This document shows, piece by piece, positions 18,783 through 26,895 of a stretch of DNA of 55,737 nt. The stretch lies in assembly GCA_937902455.1 (NCBI GenBank), contig CALELI010000144.1, forward strand, positions 1 through 55,737. The letters are read 5' to 3'. The position numbers and the translations under genes are program-made. A model generated the notes under the pieces. That model worked only from the letters and a program-made list of their open reading frames with translations. It was not told where the DNA came from and did no database searches. Source of the stretch: an uncultured Prevotellaceae bacterium. GTDB lineage: Bacteria; Bacteroidota; Bacteroidia; Bacteroidales; Bacteroidaceae. Each line of letters starts with the position of its first letter. Within the stretch, counting starts at the first letter, position 1.

Positions 18783-18855
18783 TAGCCATTAGCCATTGGC
18801 CATTAGCCGTTAGCCTTTTTTTCACTATTCACTATTCACTGTTCACTGTTCACTC
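18783..18855. repeat. Heptamer-periodic tracts (gccatta)n followed by (tcactnt)n
   Basis: agccattagccattggccattagccgttagcc...tcactattcactattcactgttcactgttcact. Confidence 0.8.
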
Positions 18856-18870
18856 TGGCTTTGCCAGTAG

Positions 18871-19662
18871 TTATATTGTGTTGCTTTCTTTAAGTTCGTT
18901 AATCAGACCGCGAATATCCTCGTCAGAGCCGGAAAGGATCTTGGTCTCCTTTGCCTTGAACACAATGTTCTTCACTGCCTTCACGTTTGTGGGCGAGCCA
19001 GCCTTGCCAATTTGCGATGGGTCGGCATCAATATCGGCAGCACCCCACTGAGTGAACGACCTGTTCTTGTTTGCCAGCACCTTCTTCACGTTGCGGAACC
19101 GGCAAGGTGCAGCAGTGCCGTTTACGGTCAGCACACAAGGCATCGGGCATTCCACCGTCTCCTTCCCTCCGTCGATGTGACGTCTCAGGGTGAGCGATCC
19201 ACCCTCATGCCGTATCACCTCCTCCACGTATGTCACCTGTGGCAGTCCCAGTTTCTCAGCCACCTGAGGTCCCACCTGAGCCGTGTCGCCGTCGATAGCC
19301 TGCCGTCCGCAGAGGATAAGGTCATATTCCCCAATCTTTCTTATGGCCTGTGAAAGGGCATAACTTGTGGCGAGGGTGTCCGCACCGCCGAGAGCCCTGT
19401 CAGTCAGCAGGATTGCATCATCAGCACCTCTGAACACACCATCTCTCAGCACCTCCTCAGCCTTAGGCAACCCCATTGTGAGCAACGTCACCTTTCCGCC
19501 CTGCTCGTCCTTCAGCCTCAGAGCCATCTCGAGGGCATTCAGGTCATCGGGATTGAAAATGGCTGGAAGAGCACCGCGGTTGACCGTACCCTCAGCCGTC
19601 ATGGCATCAGGACCGACATTATGAGTGTCGGGCACTTGCTTGACCAGTACAATTATATTCAT
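18871..19662 (-). CDS. etfB: Electron transfer flavoprotein subunit beta
   Basis: 263 aa, MNIIVLVKQVPDT..., FixA/EtfB family. Confidence 0.92.
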   Translation of the reverse strand: MNIIVLVKQVPDTHNVGPDAMTAEGTVNRGALPAIFNPDDLNALEMALRLKDEQGGKVTLLTMGLPKAEEVLRDGVFRGADDAILLTDRALGGADTLATSYALSQAIRKIGEYDLILCGRQAIDGDTAQVGPQVAEKLGLPQVTYVEEVIRHEGGSLTLRRHIDGGKETVECPMPCVLTVNGTAAPCRFRNVKKVLANKNRSFTQWGAADIDADPSQIGKAGSPTNVKAVKNIVFKAKETKILSGSDEDIRGLINELKESNTI

Positions 19663-19690
19663 TATTCAGTAAATGTTTTGTTTCAAATTG

Positions 19691-19698
19691 CAAATATA
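19691..19698 (-). promoter_or_regulatory. Candidate -7 box TATATTTG for the etfB-etfA-acd operon
   Basis: The minus strand reads TATATTTG about 29 nt upstream of the etfB ATG. Confidence 0.5.
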
Positions 19699-19873
19699 GT
19701 AAAATTAACTGAAAAAAACATATAATGTACCAAAATAAGTAAATAGACGAATGGTTTCCGAGGGTCGCGCGTGCGGAGGCGGAAGGCTATGCGAGTGGAG
19801 TCGGGGTCGGATTTGTGTGGAGATGAAGTCGGGGTTGAAGTGGGGCTCATTCGGGTTTGTACTGAGGTGTAGT

Positions 19874-19961
19874 CTGAAAGATAGTTATCTTACGGCGTGA
19901 AGATAGTTATCTTACAGGCGAAAGATAGTTATCTTACGGGGTGAAGATAGTTATCTTTCAG
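19874..19961. repeat. Array of four 14-bp palindromic units AAGATA-GT-TATCTT at an exact 22-bp period, capped by ctgaa/ttcag
   Basis: Units lie at 19878-19891, 19900-19913, 19922-19935 and 19944-19957. The spacers are acggcgtg, acaggcga and acggggtg. Related arrays occur at 50289-50350 and 54818-54839. Confidence 0.9.
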
Positions 19962-20086
19962 AACACGCATCAGTTCAAGGGTGAGCAAACGACAGTACAA
20001 ACCTGAATGACAGTGCGTTCGACTCTGATGACATGACTGCAGGAATATGGCCGTATGAGCCGTTTATCGACCCTACCTGACAAGAT

Positions 20087-20122
20087 GAAAAAACTGGCAA
20101 ATAGCGGGATGCCATTTGCCAG
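20087..20122 (-). terminator. Rho-independent terminator after the blaR1-like gene
   Basis: The stem is ctggcaaat/atttgccag, with an A-run on the plus strand (a T-run on the transcribed minus strand). Confidence 0.65.
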
Positions 20123-20155
20123 TTGATAGTGTCTGCTGGATATTGCGTATCGGGA

Positions 20156-21952
20156 TCAGTTGAGGCGGAAGTTTATAGGGACGTTGAATAACACGCGGAC
20201 AGTCTTGCCTCTCTGCTTGCCTGGGGTCCAGGCTGGCATGGACTTGATGACTCTCTCGGCTTCGCTGTCGAGTTCGGTGCAGGCCTGGTCGTATCTTGCC
20301 TGGAGTACCTTTATCTGTTCGTCGGTAAGTCCCTTTGCCTTCTCGCTTTCTGCGTCGGGATGGTTTGTCTTTATGTCGCTTGCTGATTTCACGACTTTGA
20401 CTTCTTCGATGCCTCCGACTTTGTTGACCACAAATTTTACCATGACTCTTCCTTGTACGCCCAGTTCCTTGGCAAGTTGAGGATAATGGATGTTTTTGCT
20501 GAGAAATGCCATCAATGCCTGCATCCCGCCAGTGAACTCGGGCATTTCCTCTACGACCTGGAAGACTTCATCGTCGTCGGACGGCTGGCCGTCGGCTTGC
20601 TCCTGGACTATCGGCAGGTCTTCCTGTGCCGTTGACAGTTCTGCTTCCAGTTTCCGTATTTCCTGCCTCATTTCTTCTGCGTGTTTCTTGGTACGGATCT
20701 CGATTACGCCGTTCTTGCCCTGTTCGCCCCAGATGGCCTTTGCTGCTGCATCTTTGAGAATGGAGACGGATTCGATGTCGTCTTCCTTGAGTCCGAGTGA
20801 TTCGAAGACATTTTGTGAGATGTTGAGTGCAACTCCGCCTTCCTTAATGATTTTGGCTCCCTTGACATTTACGACATTGCCGTTGAGCACTACGAGCGGT
20901 TCGTCGTCGGTGACGATTGGTGCTTCTGGGACCTCCTCTAAGTCTTCTTCTAAAGGAAGAGACTTTGTAATGGTTGATGGTGTAGTTGGCTGTTCATTAA
21001 TGATGTTTGCCACTACATTGGTCTTGATTTCCTTCTTCACTCCTTCGAGTGAGATAGGGCGGGCGAATGCGGTGAGTGCAATGCCCATGATTGGAATGGC
21101 AGCGAGTAACCAGAGGGTGCGCCATTTTGTTGATTTTTGTTTTTTCATCATAATGATTCGTTTTTTAATGTTGAGATTGAACGAACTTGCAAGCGCATAG
21201 GCCTCTGCACCGACAGTTCTTATCAGTAGTAATCGCTGGTAGTCGCGTGACACGACATGATAATGATTGATCACTTCATCATCGGCTTCGTATTCATGGA
21301 CTATCTTGATTTCTTTCATTACAAGCCAGCATACTGGGTTGAGCACGGTGCATACGAGGAGGAAGAGGAGGTCGAGGAAGTGGAGCTGTTTCACGTGCGA
21401 CAGTTCGTGGAGTATGCTTGCACGGCGTGAGAATCCGGACTCTGAGGATGGAACGACTATGTAGTTGATCCAGTTGAACGGTCCGTAGGCTTCGTCGTGG
21501 GTGACTATGTGTGTCCATCTGCCGAGCCTGTGCTGTGGCTTGCCTCTCAGGAACTGAATGATCTTGACAGACGAGCGTGTCCATCCTATGAGAAGGGTGA
21601 CGACATAGATGGTGTAGATGGCTATTATGAGGAGTGCCCAGATGGTGTCGGACTGGCTGCCTGGATTGGTGCCGCTGGCAGTCACCTCGATGTCGGGAAG
21701 CATGAATGTGCTTTCGGGATTGTGGCGAAGGGCCTTCACGAGTGTGGTCTGTTCGATGGTGAACTGCTGAGCGTCGGGACTGCTTATGTGGAAAAGCGGC
21801 AGGATCATCGAGAGTGCGACGCTTCCGAGCAGATAGTACCGGTTGAACCTGTGGAGTGTGCTTCCGCTCAGACACAACTTATAGAGTGCCAGGAATATCA
21901 GCAATGCTAATGCCCATTCCAATATGTAGACTACAAATGTTCCTAATGACAT
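20156..21952 (-). CDS. BlaR1-type M56 peptidase membrane sensor fused to a TonB C-terminal domain
   Basis: 598 aa. The HExxH motif is HELSH. The protein has multiple TM segments, a coiled/acidic linker, and the C-terminal TonB_C region EEMPEFTGGMQALMAFLSKNIHYPQLAKELGVQGRVMVKFVV. Confidence 0.85.
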   Translation of the reverse strand: MSLGTFVVYILEWALALLIFLALYKLCLSGSTLHRFNRYYLLGSVALSMILPLFHISSPDAQQFTIEQTTLVKALRHNPESTFMLPDIEVTASGTNPGSQSDTIWALLIIAIYTIYVVTLLIGWTRSSVKIIQFLRGKPQHRLGRWTHIVTHDEAYGPFNWINYIVVPSSESGFSRRASILHELSHVKQLHFLDLLFLLVCTVLNPVCWLVMKEIKIVHEYEADDEVINHYHVVSRDYQRLLLIRTVGAEAYALASSFNLNIKKRIIMMKKQKSTKWRTLWLLAAIPIMGIALTAFARPISLEGVKKEIKTNVVANIINEQPTTPSTITKSLPLEEDLEEVPEAPIVTDDEPLVVLNGNVVNVKGAKIIKEGGVALNISQNVFESLGLKEDDIESVSILKDAAAKAIWGEQGKNGVIEIRTKKHAEEMRQEIRKLEAELSTAQEDLPIVQEQADGQPSDDDEVFQVVEEMPEFTGGMQALMAFLSKNIHYPQLAKELGVQGRVMVKFVVNKVGGIEEVKVVKSASDIKTNHPDAESEKAKGLTDEQIKVLQARYDQACTELDSEAERVIKSMPAWTPGKQRGKTVRVLFNVPINFRLN

Positions 21953-21965
21953 AATCTATTATTAA

Positions 21966-22493
21966 TTAATTATGAATTCTCTTGGTGCTGACTGGACGGA
22001 CATAGCGGAGGTTGTCTGCCTCGGTGTAGCTCATGTCGGGGTATGAGGTGTTGAAGTACATGAAGGCGATAAATGGCTTGTGGTCGGGATCGACGTCCTT
22101 GGTCCAGTAACCAGAACTGACGTGTGGGATGAAGATGGAATTGCCGTTTGGGCCTGTCACGATATATCCTCTTGGTGCGTCTTCCTGCCATTCCCATGTG
22201 CATTTGTCCATGAGTTCACTGACTTGCTCGAGGGTAGGTGCTTTCCATTCTTTTCCCCAGGTGCGTGACAGGGTCTTGTTCTGACGGCCTGAGTGTGCCT
22301 TGCCGTTCCATGTCAGTTCCTTTCCTATCTCTGCATCAGCAGAGGCTCCGTAATTGTGGTTTGCCCACATGACTGAAAGGCCGAGGTCGACTGGCTGGCC
22401 GATAGTGCCTATCAGCGTCTCCTGATGCTTGCAGCCTGTAAGTGATATGGCTGCGAGGGCAAGGATGAATGGTATGACTTTGTCGGTTTTCAT
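21966..22493 (-). CDS. Lipoprotein of unknown function (DUF1566/Fib_succ-like features)
   Basis: Lipobox MKTDKVIPFILALAAISLTGC. The motif WKAPTLEQVSELMDKCTWEW resembles the GW-R-LPT..E...L motif. It is translationally coupled (ATGA overlap) to blaI. Confidence 0.55.
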   Translation of the reverse strand: MKTDKVIPFILALAAISLTGCKHQETLIGTIGQPVDLGLSVMWANHNYGASADAEIGKELTWNGKAHSGRQNKTLSRTWGKEWKAPTLEQVSELMDKCTWEWQEDAPRGYIVTGPNGNSIFIPHVSSGYWTKDVDPDHKPFIAFMYFNTSYPDMSYTEADNLRYVRPVSTKRIHN

Positions 22494-22846
22494 TTCTCGA
22501 TCATCTTTATCAGCTCTTTCAGGTCGTCGATGCTGATTTCCTGTTCTGTGACTAACTGGGAGATGAAGTCCATGTACGATCCGTTGAAGAACTTGTCGAT
22601 GCTGTCCTTGTTCATCATCTCGGCATACTTCTCGCGGGTCATTGCTGCTTCATAGAGAAAGAATCGCGGGCCGAGTGCCTTATGTGTAATCATTCCATGA
22701 GTCTCCAGCCTGCGTACGTACGTTGCAAGTGTGTTGAAATGGGGCTTTGGCTCGGGCATCTGTTCTGTGAGGTCTCTCATTGACAATGCTCCTTTGTCCC
22801 AAAGTACATTCAAGATTTCCAGTTCTTTATCTGTCAGTTTCTTCAT
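22490..22846 (-). CDS. BlaI/MecI/CopY family transcriptional repressor
   Basis: 118 aa, MKKLTDKELEILNVLWDKGALSMRDL..., winged-helix penicillinase-repressor family. It is the first gene of the operon with the M56 sensor. Confidence 0.88.
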   Translation of the reverse strand: MKKLTDKELEILNVLWDKGALSMRDLTEQMPEPKPHFNTLATYVRRLETHGMITHKALGPRFFLYEAAMTREKYAEMMNKDSIDKFFNGSYMDFISQLVTEQEISIDDLKELIKMIEK

Positions 22847-22883
22847 AAATATTCAGTGTCTGCATTGCGATATAATGCCTGTT

Positions 22884-22920
22884 AAACTACTTTTGTGTTG
22901 CAAAGAAACTACTTTTTGTA
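22884..22920. promoter_or_regulatory. Candidate BlaI operator: direct repeat aaactac(t)ttttgt x2 upstream of blaI
   Basis: Copies lie at 22884-22896 and 22906-22919. Each contains a TAC-N-GTA type dyad on the minus strand (tacaaaaagta). Confidence 0.3.
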
Positions 22921-22985
22921 ATTATATCCAAATTATTTCACAAAAATTAAGGTTTTATGTGTAGTTATTAACACATGTGGTGAGC

Positions 22986-23021
22986 CCAAAAAAAGAAGGA
23001 GCCGTTGTGGTTGGCTCCTTC
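22986..23021 (-). terminator. Rho-independent terminator of the frd operon
   Basis: The stem is gaaggagcc/ggctccttc with an A7 run on the plus strand (a T-run on the minus transcript), about 40 nt after the frdB stop. Confidence 0.7.
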
Positions 23022-23059
23022 CTTTAATATTATATTATAATAATGTGTGCGGACGAATG

Positions 23060-23818
23060 TCAGTCTGCGAGTTTTGCCTTGATGTATTCGCGGTTGAGGC
23101 GGGCGATGTTGGCGATTGTCTCGCACTTAGGACATACGGCCTCACATGCACGGGTGTTGGTGCAGTTTCCGAATCCGAGTTCGTCCATCTTTGCAATCAT
23201 TGCCTTAGCACGCTTTGCTGCTTCAGGACGTCCCTGTGGGAGGAGTGCAAGCTGGCTTACCTTTGAAGAGACGAAGAGCATAGCACTTCCGTTCTTACAT
23301 GCAGCAACACAGGCACCGCAACCGATGCAGGATGCGCAGTCCATTGCCTCGTCGGCATTCTGCTTAGGGATGAGGATTGCGTTTGCATCCTGAGGAGCAC
23401 CAGTGCGTACACTTACATAACCTCCTGCCTGGATGATCTTGTCGAATGCAGAACGGTCGACCATGCAGTCCTTGATTACAGGGAAGCCTGCGCTGCGCCA
23501 TGGCTCGATGGTGATGACATCGCCGTCATTGAAGCGGCGCATATAGAGCTGACAGGTGGTTGCTCCGCGTTCCGTCTTGCCATGTGGAGTTCCGTTGATG
23601 TAGAGTGAGCACATTCCACAGATTCCCTCACGGCAGTCGTGGTCGAATACGAATGGTTCCTTGCCTTCCTCGATGAGCTGCTCATTGAGGATGTCGAGCA
23701 TTTCAAGGAATGAAGTGTCGTCTGGAATGTCCTTCATTACTCGTGAATCAAAATGTCCCTGATCCTTCGGACCATTCTGTTTCCAGTACTTTATTGTAAA
23801 ACTTATATTCTTTGCCAT
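23060..23818 (-). CDS. frdB: Fumarate reductase/succinate dehydrogenase iron-sulfur subunit
   Basis: 252 aa with the Cys clusters [10 protein letters not shown] and [11 protein letters not shown]...C..C. Confidence 0.95.
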   Translation of the reverse strand: MAKNISFTIKYWKQNGPKDQGHFDSRVMKDIPDDTSFLEMLDILNEQLIEEGKEPFVFDHDCREGICGMCSLYINGTPHGKTERGATTCQLYMRRFNDGDVITIEPWRSAGFPVIKDCMVDRSAFDKIIQAGGYVSVRTGAPQDANAILIPKQNADEAMDCASCIGCGACVAACKNGSAMLFVSSKVSQLALLPQGRPEAAKRAKAMIAKMDELGFGNCTNTRACEAVCPKCETIANIARLNREYIKAKLAD

Positions 23819-23823
23819 GACGT

Positions 23824-25803
23824 TTAGTTCTTATAGTTACGGGTTTGTACTTTGATTGCTTCATATTCGAGAGGTTCCTTGAGGAGGGTTGGCTCCTTGT
23901 CGTCAGAACCTTCATATTTCCAGCATCCAACATAGAAGTAGTTGGCATCGTCACGCTTGGCTTCGCCTTCTTCTGTCTGGTATTCCTCGCGGAAGTGACC
24001 ACCACAGCTCTCGTTGCGTGAGAGAGCATCGTAGGCGATAAGCTTACCCATTGTGAGGAAGTCGTCGAGATGAACTGCCTTGTCGAGCTCTACGTTCAGG
24101 CCTTCCTTTGTGCCTGGAATGAAGAGGTTGGTCTCGAATTCCTTGCGGAGTTCCTCAATCTTCTTGAGACCAGTCTTGAGGCCTTCCTCAGTACGGCCCA
24201 TTCCGATGTATTCCCAGCAGATGTGACCGAGTTCCTTGTGGATAGAGTCGACACTGCGCTTTCCCTTGATATTCATAAGGTGGTCGATACGGTCTGCAAC
24301 GGCCTTTTCTGCCTCGTCGAATGCAGGGTTGTCAGTAGGAACCTTGCCCCAGAGTGACTGGTCGGCGAGGTAGTTCTGGATTGTGTATGGGAGTACGAAA
24401 TAACCGTCTGCAAGTCCCTGCATGAGGGCAGATGCACCGAGGCGGTTTGCTCCGTGGTCGGAGAAGTTACATTCACCGATTGCGAAGAGTCCAGGAATTG
24501 AAGTCTGGAGTTCATAGTCTACCCAGATGCCACCCATTGTGTAGTGGATTGCAGGGAAGATCATCATTGGCTTGTAGTAGTCGATTCCGTTTTCTGTCCT
24601 TACCTTTTCGCCTGGGTTTACGTCTGTGATTTCCTCATACATGTCGAAGAGGTTTCCGTAGCGCTGGCGTACGATGTCAATGCCAAGGCGCTGGATGCTC
24701 TCTGAGAAGTCAAGGAATACTGCAAGGCCGGTGTTGTTCACACCGAATCCCTTGTCGCAACGTTCCTTTGCTGCACGGCTGGCAACGTCGCGAGGCACGA
24801 GGTTTCCGAATGCAGGATAGCGGCGCTCGAGATAATAGTCGCGGTCCTCTTCAGGAATGTCCCATCCCTGCTTTGTGCCTGCCTGGAGTGCCTTTGCATC
24901 TTCGAGCTTCTTTGGAACCCAGATACGACCGTCGTTGCGGAGTGACTCTGACATAAGGGTCAGCTTACTCTGCTTGTCACCGTGAACAGGAATACATGTA
25001 GGGTGAATCTGTACATAGCAAGGATTTGCCATGTAAGCGCCCTTACGGTAGCATGCGAGTGCTGCGGAGCAGTTACATCCCATTGCGTTGGTTGAGAGGA
25101 AATATGTGTTTCCGTATCCACCGGTTGCGATTACGACTGCATTTGCTGTGAAGCGCTCGAGCTTTCCTGTCACGAGGTTCTTTGCAATGATACCGCGAGC
25201 CTTGCCGTCGATGATGACGACGTCGAGCATCTCATAACGTGTATAGAGCTTTACCTTTCCTGCCTGAACCTGTGCAGAGAGTGCACTGTAGGCACCGAGA
25301 AGGAGCTGCTGGCCTGTCTGTCCCTTTGCGTAGAAGGTACGTGATACCTGTGCTCCACCGAATGAACGGTTAGCAAGCATACCGCCATATTCGCGGGCAA
25401 AAGGAACACCCTGTGCCACGCACTGGTCGATGATGCTGTTGCTGACTTCTGCAAGACGATAGACATTAGCTTCGCGAGCACGATAGTCACCACCCTTTAC
25501 TGTATCGTAGAAAAGACGGTATACAGAGTCACCGTCGTTCTGATAGTTCTTTGCTGCGTTGATACCACCCTGGGCAGCGATAGAGTGAGCACGGCGTGGT
25601 GAGTCCTGGATACAGAAGTTCAACACGTTGAAACCCATCTCGCCAAGACTTGCGGCTGCACTGGCACCTGCAAGACCTGTACCTACTACGATGACATCAA
25701 GTTTCAGTTTGTTCTTTGGATTTACCAAACGCTGATGAGCCTTGTAGTTGCTCCATTTTTCAGCTACAGGTCCTTCTGGAATTCTTGAATTTATCTGTGG
25801 CAT
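23824..25803 (-). CDS. frdA: Fumarate reductase/succinate dehydrogenase flavoprotein subunit
   Basis: 659 aa. The FAD motif is [12 protein letters not shown], with [11 protein letters not shown] and HYTMGG. Confidence 0.95.
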   Translation of the reverse strand: MPQINSRIPEGPVAEKWSNYKAHQRLVNPKNKLKLDVIVVGTGLAGASAAASLGEMGFNVLNFCIQDSPRRAHSIAAQGGINAAKNYQNDGDSVYRLFYDTVKGGDYRAREANVYRLAEVSNSIIDQCVAQGVPFAREYGGMLANRSFGGAQVSRTFYAKGQTGQQLLLGAYSALSAQVQAGKVKLYTRYEMLDVVIIDGKARGIIAKNLVTGKLERFTANAVVIATGGYGNTYFLSTNAMGCNCSAALACYRKGAYMANPCYVQIHPTCIPVHGDKQSKLTLMSESLRNDGRIWVPKKLEDAKALQAGTKQGWDIPEEDRDYYLERRYPAFGNLVPRDVASRAAKERCDKGFGVNNTGLAVFLDFSESIQRLGIDIVRQRYGNLFDMYEEITDVNPGEKVRTENGIDYYKPMMIFPAIHYTMGGIWVDYELQTSIPGLFAIGECNFSDHGANRLGASALMQGLADGYFVLPYTIQNYLADQSLWGKVPTDNPAFDEAEKAVADRIDHLMNIKGKRSVDSIHKELGHICWEYIGMGRTEEGLKTGLKKIEELRKEFETNLFIPGTKEGLNVELDKAVHLDDFLTMGKLIAYDALSRNESCGGHFREEYQTEEGEAKRDDANYFYVGCWKYEGSDDKEPTLLKEPLEYEAIKVQTRNYKN

Positions 25804-25810
25804 AGTTTTA

Positions 25811-25876
25811 TTTACTATTTTACTATTTACTATTTCTTGCGCTCCGTAGGTGCTCAGGCGAGCAAGCTCGGAGTCC
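25811..25876. repeat. Left arm of a long inverted repeat bracketing frdC and its promoter
   Basis: The core cttgcgctccgtaggtgctcaggcgagcaagctcggagtcc (25836-25876) is the reverse complement of 26799-26840 with one indel. Similarity continues into the heptamer tracts on both sides. Confidence 0.85.
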
Positions 25877-25915
25877 TATTTATTTTATCATTTGGTCATC
25901 TGACCCCTTAATTAT

Positions 25916-26596
25916 TTAGCAGAATCCTAAGCTCTTCACGAAGAATGCGACTACGACAGCAACGAAGAGCAGCATGACGAGTGTAACGTATACGATACCG
26001 ATTACTCTCCAGCGATTGAACCAGATGTGTCCGTTCCAGCCGAGAGTCTGGATTGCACTCCAGAAACCATGAGTGAGGTGGAACCAGATAGCAAGAAGCC
26101 ATACGATGTAGAGAACAACGAAGATAGGATTGCTGAATGTGTCCTGAATGTATGCGAAACCATCGGAAGCACTGTGACCACCCATGAATGGAGTTCCGAG
26201 GAGTTCTGCAAACATCATGTTGTACCAGAAGTTGAAGAGATGCAGCAGCAGACCGAGAACTACGATGATTCCGAGAACGAACATGTTCTGTGATGCCCAT
26301 TCCACCTTCTCAGGCTTGCTTGTTACTGCATAACGATTGTTACCACGTGCCTTCTTGTTCTGGATTGTGAGGATGAAAGCATACACGATGTGAATAACAG
26401 CGAGTGCTGCTAATGCCAGTGTAGCCACAACTGCGTACCAGTTGGCACCTAAGAATTCACAGACTGCATTGTAGGCGTCACCACTGAAGAGTGCCACTGC
26501 ATTCATACATCCGTGAAAGGTAAGGAAGAGAATGAGGCAAATTCCAGTAACGGACATAACCACTTTCTTTCCTACAGATGAACTAATTAACCACAT
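25916..26596 (-). CDS. frdC: Fumarate reductase/succinate dehydrogenase cytochrome b subunit
   Basis: 226-aa polytopic membrane protein. It is the first gene of the frdCAB order typical of Bacteroidetes. Confidence 0.9.
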   Translation of the reverse strand: MWLISSSVGKKVVMSVTGICLILFLTFHGCMNAVALFSGDAYNAVCEFLGANWYAVVATLALAALAVIHIVYAFILTIQNKKARGNNRYAVTSKPEKVEWASQNMFVLGIIVVLGLLLHLFNFWYNMMFAELLGTPFMGGHSASDGFAYIQDTFSNPIFVVLYIVWLLAIWFHLTHGFWSAIQTLGWNGHIWFNRWRVIGIVYVTLVMLLFVAVVVAFFVKSLGFC

Positions 26597-26648
26597 GTTT
26601 TTTTAAGTTTTTGTGTTGTTGAAATTATTTTGAATTTATAGATTTCTG

Positions 26649-26656
26649 CAAAGTTA
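26649..26656 (-). promoter_or_regulatory. Candidate -7 box TAACTTTG for frdCAB
   Basis: The minus strand reads ctaactttgcaga, the same context as the cysS and C10-LRR promoters, 53 nt upstream of the frdC ATG. Confidence 0.55.
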
Positions 26657-26798
26657 GTAAAAAATCATGAATAATGAAGAATGAACTACTTATTATTTAC
26701 CATTTACCATTTACAATTTACCATTTATTTACGATTTGGTAATTTAATCATGCTATTTAAGTCAATAGTCGGTGAAATGACTAAATGGAGAATAAATG

Positions 26799-26863
26799 GG
26801 ACTCCGAGCTTTGCTCGCCTGAGCACCTACGGAGCGCAAGAAATGGTAAATGGTAAACAAACT
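26799..26863. repeat. Right arm of the inverted repeat bracketing frdC
   Basis: ggactccgagctttgctcgcctgagcacctacggagcgcaag followed by aaatggtaaatggtaaa, which mirrors 25811-25876. Confidence 0.85.
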
Positions 26864-26895
26864 GAATTATGAATTATGAATTACACAGGTGGAGT

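Noticed and set aside
19874-19961. Regularly spaced repeats that could be mistaken for a CRISPR array (also 35482-35665 and 50289-50350)
   Set aside because: The repeat units are only 13-14 bp and the spacers 8-10 bp, far below CRISPR dimensions. The spacers are similar to each other. No cas genes are in the window.
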